A stretch of DNA of 64,000 nt from the human T2T-CHM13v2.0 reference genome, Homo sapiens. The stretch lies in the NCBI RefSeq assembly GCF_009914755.1, contig NC_060938.1, one strand, 5' to 3'. A program made the position numbers and the translations under genes. The notes under the pieces are model-generated. The model saw nothing but the letters and a program-made list of their open reading frames with translations, was not told the DNA's origin and made no database searches. This document shows positions 40,018 to 54,820 of this stretch, in pieces (within the stretch, counting starts at the first letter, position 1; each line of letters begins with the position of its first letter).

Positions 40018-41038
40018 CAGTGACGTTTGAAGTGATGTTAAAAGAGCAATCTGGCAATAGGACATGAAAGGTCATGATGCTATGTCTGGAAATCTGAAAC
40101 TTAGTCTGTGGATGATAGAGCCAAAAATATTTTAAGTATAACAACATGATTTGATCTCTGCATCAGGAAGATAGCCCTAAGGCAATATCTGGGGATGACT
40201 GCAAAGGTAAGAAATTACAGGCAAGGAAACCAGTGAAGAAGTTACTAGCTATAATTCAAGAATGATAAATACTTGAATCAGGCTAGTATTTTAGAAGGTA
40301 TGCAAAGTAAAGGCTATCTTTCCGGGCGATTGCAAATTTGGGAGGTGATTACTGAGTAAACCAAGCATCTTCGGGAGAGGAGACAAAGACAGTCTGTGCC
40401 ATTTCATTTCGAGGCCTGGAATAAAGAGTGATGACACTAAGAGAAGGTTTGGTTCTAAAATACTTCTTTATTTTCCTGATTTTTAGTTTTTTGTTTCTTT
40501 AATTGGAAAATTCCTAGTATTTTTGTGATGTCAGTGAAGAAATTGACGATTAAAGAGAAAGAACATGAGTTAAACACAATGTACAATTCAGAAACTAGGT
40601 TTTCAATTATAGTTATATTTTTAGGGAAAAAATGTAATGCAAATCTAATTTTAAAATTAAGTCAATACAAAAGTGTGTAATGCAAAATAAAAAGCAAAAT
40701 TAACCTCACACCTACCTGTTAAAGAGTTTCCACTGTTAGTAATTTGCAGTATTTACTTTCATAACTTTTTGTACATATATATAAACATATATACATTTTA
40801 AAAATATTAATTGTTTCTCTTCACTGTATATTTGTATGCAGAAATATCTACAATGCATACCTAATAGCACTACTGAATTATATACTTGCTTGAGTTGCAT
40901 AATGTTGCAGCCCTACAGGTACATATTTTTATTTACACAACTTGGATGATTTTCATTCAGTGAAACAATTTATTAATTCATTTCTTCCATGTCAACGTAT
41001 GTAGAGCTTTATTATTATTTTCCATGGTTTTCAGGGTA

Positions 41039-41100
41039 TTCCATAACACAGACACATCACCATTTACTCTTCCATAACACAGACACATCACCATTTACTC
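41039..41100. repeat. Perfect 31-bp tandem duplication
   Basis: ttccataacacagacacatcaccatttactc x2 with no mismatch. Confidence 0.97.
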
Positions 41101-43564
41101 TTTCTGTAGTAGACATTTAGGGGATTTAAAATGTTTACATTATAAATACTGACAATTTAGTAATTAGTGTCAGAGAATTTATTCCAAGTTAAAAACAAAA
41201 ATAGAGATTTAATATAAGTCCAACTGAGAAATCTATAAAGTAGGCAAAATTTTTAAGTTATCATACATATAAAAATTCAAATGTATTCTTATCTACTCAT
41301 ATTTTTAGTAGCTCCTCTGATAAAAAAGAGATCATAGCAGAAATAATCAGATATGAAAATAAAAAATTAAAGATTTAAAAATTTGGTATGTATTACTCTC
41401 CACTGAAGACATGATCTTATTGGTAATTATTGGAACATCGTGCTATCTATATACCTATTATTTTAGATATTTATCTATCCACATAGTTTCCACATCATGC
41501 TGACACACACACATCTAGGTGTGCACACACAATTTGGGCCCTTTTACACTATATCATCTTAAAGTGATATGTGCTGAGATTTGATCTGTGAAATAGTCAC
41601 CCAATTACAGTTCAGAGAATCTCCATTTGAAAAGAGGTGAACACAATTTTCACCTTGTAAATATTCAGAAATTGAATCCAGGGAAGAAATTTATTCCTAG
41701 TGAACATTGTTTTTATATGAAAAATGAGAACCTAGGAAGTGGCTATTTTCATAATGATATACATCTAGAAACACAACTAGAAATACACTTCAGCTAAGTA
41801 AGAATTGCAAAGAACTCTGTATTAGTTCAAATGAAATTATTTCCTGGCAGGGAATTTCTTTTTTCAGTTTCTCTTTAATTTCATTCAGCTCAATTCTATT
41901 TTGTAATTTCCACCTTCATAAAAAGTAATCATAATAACCAGTTCTTCTGAAGGTGGAGAAACAACAATATGGCCAACTAATTACAAATGTTTGGAAACAC
42001 TTATCAATAAAATGTATAAAACCAATTCATTTTCTGCCAATAACATGATCATGTATGTCTCAAATCACAAAGGACGATGAATTATGCAATTATTTTTCTC
42101 TTATTTGAGATCCTTAAAGATTGGGGTAAGAATAAGGAAGTTATATTATTTTTCCATAGGGACTAAAACGTAATCCACATGCTTTAATATAATGGGCTGC
42201 TTGTTTGCCTTTCTGTGAGACAAGGCAAGCATATCCACCATACACACGGCATTGATCAATCAATAAATCTTGCTATGCCAAAACCACAAATTTAATTGGG
42301 TCAGCATTAGGCATCCCGTATATTAGTTTTTCTCATGACCAATCCCATTTGGGAAGATTCTAATACATCTTCAAATGCAACTTCTCTATCGTAAAACTGA
42401 TAGGTCTAGAAAATGTGGAGAAATACAGTGGGAGGAGAGGAAAAGAAGGGGAGAAAAGAGAGACGAGAGAGGAGAGAGACGGAAGAATGGGGAGAGAGAC
42501 AATATATGTTTTTAAACATTTGGAAACCATTTGCTTCCTTTTTTCTTTTACATAAGGCAAATAAGATAATATGCATAGAAGTACTTTATGTTTCAATTTT
42601 GAGAGGAATAAGTTAAGAAATGTGATCCTAGGCTTATTGTAAGGGATAGACTCATTCTCTTATCTTCTAGGAGCAATTTTTCTTCGTGGTTTTTGAAACT
42701 GCTGACCAACCATTGTCATTAAAACCCTCTCTCTCGGTTTCTAAAATAGTGAATTTTCCTAATACCTTATAATCTTCTTGACTACTTTGACTTAACTTTT
42801 GATTAAGTTTCTATTTACAATCTACTATAAAATAGAAATGTTTATTTAATATTTATATTCTCTCTGTGTGTACACATAAACACACACACACACTTCCACA
42901 ATCCTGTTAGAAAGTTATTATTTCTAATTTATAATAAGAATACAATGAAATTGTCCATTTAATAGGAAAGCCCAAGATAACATAGTAAATCCTGAAGCCA
43001 CAATACAAACACAATTCAGTCTGATTTCTAAGACTATGTTCTCTAGTCAGTCACGCACGCCATGCTACATGTTCCCTTAATACCATGGTTCAACATTCTT
43101 CAGTTCTCTGTCATCATTTATAATTGCCTTTTGAGAGATCTCATCCATTCTTAAGATTTGAATGCCCACTTCTGCATGGATGGCATGCAACATCTCCAGT
43201 ACTGGCATTTTCCATATATTGCAGTACCACTTTGGAAATGCACTGACTCTTAAAAGCCACATAAATGTTCAGCCATTAAATTCAAAATTATTATGTCTTA
43301 ATAAAAATGATTTCCTCCCATCTCAAATCATTATTTTCTTTCAACTATCGTATACAATAACCTGTTACACATATCTGTACATTGCTTATGGTAAGTATTT
43401 TGAAACCATATTTTTATCTTCATTCTTGTCTGTAAAAGATAATCTATTATTGAATTCTTTTATGCATCACTCTAAACTCTTTTGCATTTTTCTCTTATCC
43501 ACTTTTACTTTCAAGATTTTTATCTAACGGCTTTATCCCCTACATTGTGATTCATACGCATCCC

Positions 43565-43715
43565 CTGGGAAGTGAGGAGTGCCTCTGCCCAGCCACCATG
43601 CAACCCTCCAGGTGTGAAGTGGCAGCCTTATGTGTGATCTTTCTGCCCTCCCCAAGTTTGCATTTTCGACACTTAAGTTTACCTTTAAATTAAAAAAAAT
43701 AATAATATAGAAAAA
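43565..43715 (+). mobile_element. Probable SVA2 (VNTR plus unique 3' end) truncated copy
   Basis: One SVA-VNTR-like unit ctgggaagtgaggagtgcctctgcccagccacc, then tgcaaccctccaggtgtgaagtggcagcc...ccccaagtttgcattttcgac and an A-rich tail; no SINE-R. Confidence 0.7.
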
Positions 43716-43778
43716 GGTTTTCCTATTAGAGTTTCCGTTTCTAAATTCTGCCTTAAATCCAGGTTTTATAAAACTATC

Positions 43779-44113
<335 letters not shown>

Positions 44114-44784
44114 CTAATACCTTAAGATATATTATCAAAATCTCCTACTTAATCAAGCCCTGTAAACTCCCATCAGTGAAACTCATACATATGTGGCGGT
44201 GGGGGGGAAAAACCACCTTTTCTTATTGCTGGAAACCTAGAGTATTTTTGAATTAGAAATCCAGAGTTGCTTCGAGTTACTGTCATTCCATGAGAAAAAC
44301 AGTATTTTATGGATATTTCTAAACTCAAAAAGATAGATCTAACCAAAGATGGCTTCTCCCAGTGATTTTTTATCTTTCTAGTGGCAGTATATAATCCATT
44401 GCAGGAAGCTGTGGTGCTATCAGAAGCTGAAACATCAAGAACCCAGATTATTCACATTCCCCTGCCTCCTATCTCCTCTCTCTCTCCTTCTCCCATTGCC
44501 CCACTCATTGATCATTTACTATTTCTTTTCACACTGAATTATGCTTTTATCATGAATAGTATCTAGGTTTATAAGTGTACAGTAATATAAATTCTGAATT
44601 CTTTGGTTTACATGTATTAATTTTCTCTCATACTTTACATCCTAGAACCATTATCTTGGATTATGGTGTTCCTAGACATTCTTGGACTATTCTTTATCCC
44701 AAACTATTTCAAATTTAGAACTTCAATCTCTAAAAGACTGTTAGTAAAATTAATTTATTATTTTACCTGCTCACCTCTTTGCTA

Positions 44785-45103
44785 CAGTGGGTCTTTCCTA
44801 TCTGTGGATTCTCTATCCATGGACTCAAAGAGACACAGATTGAAAATATTTGAGAATAAACAACAAAAATAGCAATACAACAATAAAAATAATACAAAAA
44901 ATACAGCATAACAACTATTTACAGAGCATTTACATCGTATTAGGCATGACAAGTAATCTAGAGGTTATTTAAATTATATAGGAGGATGTGTGTGAGTTAT
45001 ACGTAAATACTATACCATTTTTTATCAGGGACTAGAGCAACTGCAGATTTCGATATCTGAGGGGTCCTGAAACCAATACTTCACAAATACTAAAAGAAGA
45101 TTG
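44785..45103. mobile_element. MER2/MER2B (Tigger-family MITE)
   Basis: TA-flanked; gcatttacatcgtattaggc...aagtaatctagag...ggggtcctgaaaccaat. Confidence 0.85.
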
Positions 45104-45924
45104 TACTTCTGTATCTGTTTTTTGTACTATTTAAAGATTCAGATTCTTCCCTTTTTATCTCAGTTTATAAGCACCCCCCATAGTTTTTCTTTCATCTAAA
45201 CAAATGATGGAGCATTTTAAACAGAAATTTCATGCCCGCATTCTTAGTGTTTAAATCGCTTCATTTATGTTCTACCTTTCATGATGATCACAAGTACTGG
45301 ATCACTGTACCAATTTTTTTTTTCTCTTTCTGTATCTTGATATCAGAATGCCATTAGAGGAAACCAGGTATTTGTGTAGATTATGGCACTCTAAACCTCA
45401 TCTGGTCTATACGTACTAGTTAAACATGATCTTTTATCAGTCATCTTTTCCATTTCCCACGTAAGTTATTCTAAATGGATACCAAGCACTTCAAGTCCCT
45501 CACATTTCCACCGCTGCGAATGCAAAGAGTGAATATAATCATATGGGAAATTGTGGTTATTAGTAAGATTCCTTCAATGTCTTGTCTGTATCTCTTTATA
45601 TAACAAATAAAAAGAAAAGCAATCGAATTAGAATTTTACTCATTTTCACATCTTTTTCTATAGGCCCACAGGATGAGCTTTTCACCATTCTCTTTTTAGA
45701 GGGGATTTTTCTACCAGTGACTTTGATTTCTATACTTTCATTTCTACCATAACCTGAATTCTGATCTCAAGTATTTTCAACTAATGTTTAGACACAGTGG
45801 CTCTGTCATAGTTCTTACAGTCAAGTCTCTTATTTTCTCTCACAATTTCCACCTCCGAGTAGAAACTACCCTAAATCCTCACCTTTCATTTTCAGTCAAG
45901 TTTCTGAAAAGAATATTCTATGAA

Positions 45925-46440
<516 letters not shown>

Positions 46441-47042
46441 TCTACTAACTCAGACAATGGTTTCTCACTCCTCTCTCATGTACTCCAAATACTTTCTACT
46501 TTTACTTCTCCCCTAAAACAGTTCTTTTGAAGGGTACTAATATCTCCCTTGATTTCCAAGCCCAGTTAACTATTTTTAGTTTTTGTATTATTTTTTCATA
46601 CAGAGTCTCAACTTTTCTTTAAAAGCCTTGCTTTCTATGACATCATTCTTTCCAAATCCATTTCTATATTTTTCTCAGTTTTCAGTTCTGGTTCTTTTTC
46701 TCCTTCCTTCCTCTCAAAGGCCGGCCACTGTTTCCCAACCTTCTGCTCTTTGCTCCTTTTTTTTCCTTCTTTCTAAGCACCCTCATGACTCCCTCCTCTT
46801 GAAGGGTTCCATTATTACACATTATGTTTCTGTAGCCCGTATAGACTTTTGCTGTATAACATCAGAATCATATTTAAGACCCTACTAAGTCCTTCCAGAA
46901 TGGTGTTCCAGATCCACCTCAAATACCATGTTTCTGTCAAACAGCAGCTTCTCCACCTGAACTATTCTTTCTTTAGTATCATGAATCCCCCAGCCCTGAC
47001 ACTCATAAGAATCACTTGAGGAAATTTAAAATTCTGAGACTG

Positions 47043-47789
<747 letters not shown>

Positions 47790-47814
47790 TTAGGAAGCAC
47801 AAGAATGAATTTTA

Positions 47815-47997
47815 GTATCAGGGTATTCAAAGGTGGTTTCACATTAGAATCACCAGGAGAGCAATTTTTAAATACTATTATAGACCCAAACCCATTTCAA
47901 TTGAATAAGAATCTCTGAGGTTGGATTTCAGGAATTCGTATTTTTTTAAAGTTCCCCAGGTGATGCTTATGTGTAGGCAAGGTGGAAAACCATTGCT
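47815..47997. mobile_element. MER5-type element
   Basis: cacattagaatcaccaggagagc...aagttccccaggtgatgcttatg...gaaaaccattgc. Confidence 0.75.
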
Positions 47998-49311
47998 TTA
48001 GTAGTTTCATCTCAATGAATGGCACTGTTTTCCACACAATTACTCATCCAGGCCTAGGAGTCATGTTAAACCCAGACTTTATCCCCCCCTTTCTCTTATT
48101 CCACACTCAAATAAAATCCAAATCCCATGAATCCTATAATTATAAAATATTCCTTTTAAACATCTTCTCTTGAATGTCTAATGGCCATTTCAAGTTTTAA
48201 CATACATAAAATTAAGTTTTTGACATTTCTAACCAAAACAGGACTTGCAAAGTCCAAAATATCATTTTGACATTTCTTTTCCTAAAATAGTACTACAAAT
48301 AAAAAATCAATATTGCCAATTTTTTGAAGCGAACTTATTTGAATAATATAGACTTTTAAAAAAGATCTTTGGATTTTGTTTTTCTTTGTTCCTTCAGGGA
48401 AAAGTGTTAAATAATAATATTTAAGATTGTAGTATTTTGAGTATATTTAGATAGAATGATACAACAAGAAATTTAAAGAACTTCTGTTGTTGGAAGAAAA
48501 AAACTTATAAAAAGATTTCATCTCTTTGTCATGAGTTAAAAACAAACATTTTAAGTGTCAATAAGTTTCCAAAGAGAATTTGGCTTATAGTAAAAAAAAA
48601 GGAAGAAGCAGTAGTATATTGAGAGTTAGTCTCAGCTCCTTGAACTTGAGATGTTTCTATCTATGCCTGTTTCTTGACTTTTTAAAAATACTTTAAATTT
48701 AGAGCAATAATCTGTTATATTATCCTCTTCGTTTTTAATATTGGTTCATATAATTTCTTAGTGTGCTACTTCTTTTGTTCTCTCAAGAAAAATGAAACTA
48801 CCCAGAGATGGGTTTCCAATATAAGTTTTCACTACCTTTTGTGCCCCTGAGAGCCAGTAAATCCAGTCTGTTTTGATAATATTTTAGCCATGACACAGGC
48901 CAGTCATGGCAAGGAAAAAAAATGAATTAATAAGAAAAATATCTGCATATTTGTGAAAAAATCAGGATCTATCATATCCCAAGTTTATTTGGTGGCATTA
49001 ACATATAATAGTCCATTTGCTTACTCCCCATAAATATGTAAAAAGGCAAAGAGAAAGTAAAAAATAAAATGATTCTTCCAGTCACACAAGTGGCTGAATA
49101 GGCCTAATCAATATTAACTTCATTGTTCCCCCATAATTCTATATATTTAGCTTTTAAACATCTATCTTTTAAATATGCTATTTTTTATTAATTTTAAGTT
49201 AATCAGCTAAAATAGGTTCATTCCTTTCATTTTATCAGTATTACAAGTGACTGTCTAGGAGCCTGAGTTCTAATGAGGCAGCCATTCCAAACACGTACAG
49301 ACAAAGCAGTG

Positions 49312-49325
49312 GTTTCCCTGGCAAC
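49312..49325. promoter_or_regulatory. RFX X-box-like motif
   Basis: GTTTCCCTGGCAAC matches the GTTNCC-NN-GGCAAC X-box, in repeat-poor DNA. Motif match only. Confidence 0.4.
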
Positions 49326-52300
49326 GAGAACCATGAAAAAGCTCTTAGAATAGTTATTCCCACCCTTACACATAACTCCTTTTCATTTCAGTAAAGCTTC
49401 CTGTCAGAACACATTCATCAATGTAATTTGCCAACAAAGTTTAAGAGATTAAATCCCCCTCCCCACAAGAATGTAAAAATAAAAAAACAAAATAAAACCT
49501 ACAATCAAAAATCAACAGCTATGCTGAAATTGTAGTTACGTCATCAGGTAATGCTTCAAAGGAAGTAAAGGACATCGTAAGATTCCTGAATACAGTTAAC
49601 ACCACTTTGAACCTGAGATTAATTTTCATTTGATTTTTATCAGAGGATACAGAAGGTAGATGCATCAGGAGGAGGGGCAGGTGCCTTTAATCATTACCTC
49701 TGAAATTATCACTTATAACCTCAAAGCAGCTTTTATTTAATTTAGTAAAAGTTCATAAAAATTTAAATTATTGTATGCCTCAAATTAAGATTTAAGATGT
49801 CCTTCATAAACATTAACCTTTTGTTGGTGATGTTTACCAAGAAAGGTAAATTCTGAAAACATGATGTCATCGTTTCAATTGGTGGAATTAAGTAAAAGAT
49901 TTTCAAATGAGGCACTTGAACCTATTTTCTATCTATGCATGCAGTAGAAAAAGCACACAAAACAGGCAGCATTTTGTGTCATGTGGCGTTTCAAACAAGA
50001 GGGAAAACACATCTGGAAATAAAAGGTGTTTAGTTGAAAGAATTGACCTTAAATAAAACAATTGCAACACTTTATTTGGGCTTCTTACTGGAAATCAAAC
50101 TCTTTGAGTTTAAAATACACCTACTAAATGTAATACAAAACCAAAATAACACACTTTCAGCATTTCTTAAAATGTTAGCACCCAGCAAATGCAGAGTTTA
50201 CAGTTCTAGTGATTTTCCCTGTTCTTTTCATGGAATGCATATCTAACCCGTTTTTCAGCCAGCATGCTACAGCAAAGGAAGATTCATGTTGTCCAGGGCT
50301 ATTTCTTTAAAACAGTACGGAAATTACTTTTATCATAAATTAGGTTGTGCTTTAATGCTGAGAAAGGTCTATTTTGCCTTCATTTTGACCCATGACATAC
50401 TTAGCCTTATAACAGCATAATAATGAGGTCAAAACTAACACTGCAAAATAAAACACACACACCCACACAAACACATATTATTTCTCAAGGAAGATGAAAA
50501 AACAAAAAGGTTACATTGATTTTTTTTTTAAAGCGGGACATTCTCACTACTTTTTTCACCTGAAGATTGAAAAGGAAACTCATTTCAGTTTGTAACATTG
50601 CACTGACTGTTCCAGACACAAAATGAATCAAGTCTCCTGTTGGATTATGTGGGTAGCATTTCTTCTCTTCCCTGGTGAGATAATTCGTTACTTACAGCTG
50701 TGGTATAAAAACTCAAACATTGTCTTTTCCAGAATGGATTTGAAAAGTGGGCCCCCATTCTACTTTTGTTAGAAAATAATAAAATCACAAATTTTATCAA
50801 GTATCAAAAATGTAAAGTGAAATACAAATGTGAAAGGTCTGATATTTACTTAATGAATATTTACCAAATACTTAGCATTTGCATATTAAGTACAAGCTTC
50901 AGGAAAAAAAAAATGTAGCTGCCTTTAAATCTCAACTTTATTTCTTCCTCTTGCTTTATTTTTTGAAAAATAAGAAATACTCACATTAAAGAAAAAAGAG
51001 AACATATTTAATAATATTTTAATCTATATTCTAGTCTAACCAGAGTATCTATAATTTATATTAGCTACCAAATGTATTAGACAAATTAAAACACAAGAGT
51101 TTTTATTTATTCTTATAATGCTTTTTTAAAATATGGACATTCACAATTTTATGCTTACAAGAGAATATATAATTCAAGTACTTCCATGAAATAAAGTACC
51201 AGTTCTCTACAATCAAACCTACAGTGCAAAACGTTGGCTGAAAATTACTTATAAAACTTTCAACTAAACTTTTACTAGTTTAGGTATTCTCTTCACAGTT
51301 GAGAAATATAATGCAAATAAAAGTTGAGTATGCTTCCCTGCCTCCAACTAGGACATAAAGTTGATCTTCCATGTCATGTTTCTTAAAAGTAACTCTAAAA
51401 TAAGTTTCTTTCAAACCTTCTAAATTATTCTCTTTCCCTAATGGCTTGTTGTATTCTTCCCCAGCAGAAATGACTAAAATAACCCTATTGCACTTAATCT
51501 AATTAGGGATTTTTGGAGAAATGGTGGTTACATAGTTCTCATTAACTGACTAAAAAACTGTACCATCTCCAGAGGTATAGATTTAAAAAAGCGGGGGAGG
51601 GGGATGATTCCTTTTAAAGCTCCAGAAATGAATGTAAGTGTTCATATTCTGGTACATTAACAGTTTGTTCCAGTACATTGATATTTTATGTGGAAGCCCT
51701 ACTCTGCAATTAATATGCCTGATGCAAATTGAAAAACCCATAATCCATCCTTCTCTGTTGGAATGTAAGAGTATATTATTATTGAGAAGCTACAGGATAC
51801 CAGAACCATTTTTTAAACTTGAGTGCTCATTACCTTAAATCTGCATATAAAACAGTTTTGCATTCAGACGAGGTAATACATAACGGAATATATTGTGGCG
51901 CATATAAAAAAAAGTGCTCCAAATAAAAACGACCTGTGGTCTCCCTTTGTAGAAGAAATTTATGCAGTTCCAGGCATTAGGGATTAATGATAGCTAACAG
52001 CAAAAGAGGAGGAATGAGCATTAAAACATTGTGCCTAACTTTCCTGACTACCCCAAGGCTAAAGGATAAAGTGAATTGTCAAATCTCCTTAAAGGTAAGG
52101 ACTAGGAATTTATCATTAAGCAAATATGGTATTTGGGGATTGCATCTGGTTCTGTCACATTAGTATTCAGAATATTTCTTATAGCTTTAAATGAGAAAAG
52201 ACAACCTTAATGGAGGTATGACAGAAGAAAGATTTTAAAAATCCTTTGTTTCTAACAGCTTAGAGAGCCTCTTTCCTTTGTCTTGTTTCCAAAATTATGC

Positions 52301-53978
52301 ATACAATTCTTCACAGGACATAAAATGCTATTGTCTGCTATGATTGACAAAAGCCAAGATTTTAATGAAAGTTATACTGTAACTATTTTAAAGGGAAGGG
52401 GAACCACATATCCCTAAGAGATTCAAATGTAATATATTCTCAAAAATGGAAAGATCCCAGGGATACAGATTTATTTCTTTCATGGATTTCTCTTAAGCCT
52501 GTTCAATTCATTTGATCATCACCGCCTGTGATCTGCGCTTTATTAACATGTTAGCATTTGGTTGGACCCTTCTTACCTCTCTCTCTATCCATCACTTAAG
52601 ACATTTAGTGCTGCCTACTGGCAGTTATCTGTGTAATTGTTTTATTTCACTCACTAAGTGATAAGATCCTTGAGGCAAGACGCAATGCGATATGGCCTGT
52701 ATCTTCCACAATAAGTAATCACATTGGTTCAAAAGATTCCCTCACAATACATTTTTATTGCAAAAATGATTTTGTATTTATCCATTTTGGAAAAGAAATT
52801 TTATCTCTTGAGCCCCTAAAAATGGAATCGTACACATTAAGACCCTTACACATATCACATAATAATCTTCAGGGTCAAACATTATAGTTTTCACCTGCTG
52901 CTATTCCTTTGCAGTAGACTAGAATAGAGAATTACATAAAACTTCTATGACTGTCAAAAAAAGATATATTTTTTGAAATCACATAAAATCAACCTTCTTT
53001 ATTTTACAGATATAGAAATTTAGATCTGTAAGGACCATCAGTGTGGTGAAGGTCACATGGTAAGTTAATTACAGAATCAAATTTTTCCCTTTCATTTCAA
53101 TCTGTTTTTAAGTTCTACATGATTCCACTTTCAGGAAAAAGCAATTAAAATATAGACTGGCTTTGGTAAGAGTGATATATATTTTTATGTTTCAGACCAG
53201 CATGTTGTTTCATGCTGATGTTAAAAGATAATGGTTGATATCAGATAAATACCCACACATATACACAAACACAAACTAACTTGGGGTCCAATAAAATAAG
53301 ACTGGGTGGTTCACATATTTTTCCATTAGTGCAAATATTTTAAAGAGATAATTTTCTTTGATAAAGTCTGTGTTCTTAAAACTGATTAGCACATAGTTCT
53401 TACTAGAAACTCTTTATAAAAAAAAAAATGAGTGCAAAAATTGAGAGAATAAGTCAAAGGAGAAAGAGAAGTTCTCCCATAACTGAAATTCATGGTACCT
53501 GTACATTAATCAAAGAACAAAATTGACTGTCATGTGATTTGACTCATGCTAAAATGTCCCTCACAATGAAAATAATCTCTTTTATTGGCCCCTCACAGTG
53601 TTTAAAACTTTTCACCATTTAAAAAAAAAATTGACTTAAAATACTTCATCTTCTGACATTTTTGTTCAAAAAAATAGTAAAATTAAAGGAAAAAGGTAGA
53701 TAATATACCAACTTTGCAGGGTATTGCAGAAAGTTCAGAGAGGGAAAGAAAGAGGAACTATAAATAGTTATCATAAATTACAGCTAAATATTTTAGTTTA
53801 GCATAAAGAGGGTATGATGAATGTAAAGAACATCACATATAGTTCAAAGTAGAGTTGTGGAATTACTTTTCCATGACAATGTTTAAGAATTGTACAGCTT
53901 TGCTGTTATCTAGTGATGTGTCCCCACCCAAATCTCACTGTGAATTCCCATGTGTTGTCAGAGGGACCTGGTGGGAGG

Positions 53979-53989
53979 TAATTGAATCA
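53979..53989 (+). promoter_or_regulatory. DUX4-type motif in THE1 5' LTR
   Basis: TAATTGAATCA fits TAAYYBAATCA. Motif match only. Confidence 0.55.
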
Positions 53990-54648
53990 TGGGAGCAGGT
54001 CTTTCCCATGCTGTTCTCATGATAGTAAGTTTCATGTAATCTGATGATTTTATAAAGGGAAGTTTCCCTGCACAAGCTCTCTTCTCTCATCTGCTGCCAT
54101 GTGAGACATGGCTCTCACCTTCTGCAATGATTGTGAGGCCTCCCCAGCCACATGGAACTGTAAGATCATTAAACCTCTTTCTTTTGTAAATTGCCCAGTC
54201 TCGGGTATGTCTTTATCAGCAGTGTAAAAACAGACTAATACAGTAAATTGGTACCAGGAGTGGGGTGGGACTCTGCTCTAAAGATAACTGAAAATGTGGA
54301 AGCAACTTTGGAACTGGGTAACAGGCAGAGGATGGAACAGTCTGGAGGGCTCAGAAAACAACAGAAAAATGTGGGAAAGTTTGGAACTCCCTAGAGACTT
54401 GTTCTATGGCTTTGACCAAAATGCTGATAGTGATATGGACAATGCAATCCAGTCTGAGGTGGTCTCAGATGGACATGAGGAACTTGTTGGAAACTGGAAC
54501 AAAGGTGACTCTTGTTATGTTTTAGCAAAGAGACTTGCGGCATTTTGCCCCTGCCCTAGAGATTTGTGGAACTTTGAACTTAAGAGAGATGATTTAGGGT
54601 ATCTGGCAAAAGAAATGTCTAAGCAGCAAGGCATTCAAGAGGTGACTT

Positions 54649-54820
54649 TTTAGCCGGACATGGTAGTGTGCGCCTGTAGCCTCAGCTACTTGGGAAGCCG
54701 AGATAGGAGAATTGCTTGAACCCGGGAGTGGGAGGTTGCAGTGAGCTGAGATCATACCCCACTGCACTCCAGCCTGGGTGACAGAGTGAGACTCCAAAAA
54801 AAAAAAAAAAAAGAAAAAAA
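54649..54820 (+). mobile_element. 5'-truncated Alu (right monomer) in THE1 internal region
   Basis: ttagccggacatggtag...poly-A; TSD aagaggtgactt / aagatgtgactt at 54637-54648 and 54821-54832. Confidence 0.92.

Noticed and set aside
48887-48910. 8-bp inverted repeat gccatgac...gtcatggc
   Set aside because: Too short; several such hairpins are expected by chance in 64 kb.
49392-49547. 156-nt AG...GT exon-like interval
   Set aside because: Stops in all frames and an A-rich interior; not distinguishable from background splice-like pairs.
54294-54653. 119-aa ORF MWKQLWNWVTGRGW...
   Set aside because: Standard THE1/MaLR internal ORF remnant, terminated by the Alu insertion; no sign of domestication.
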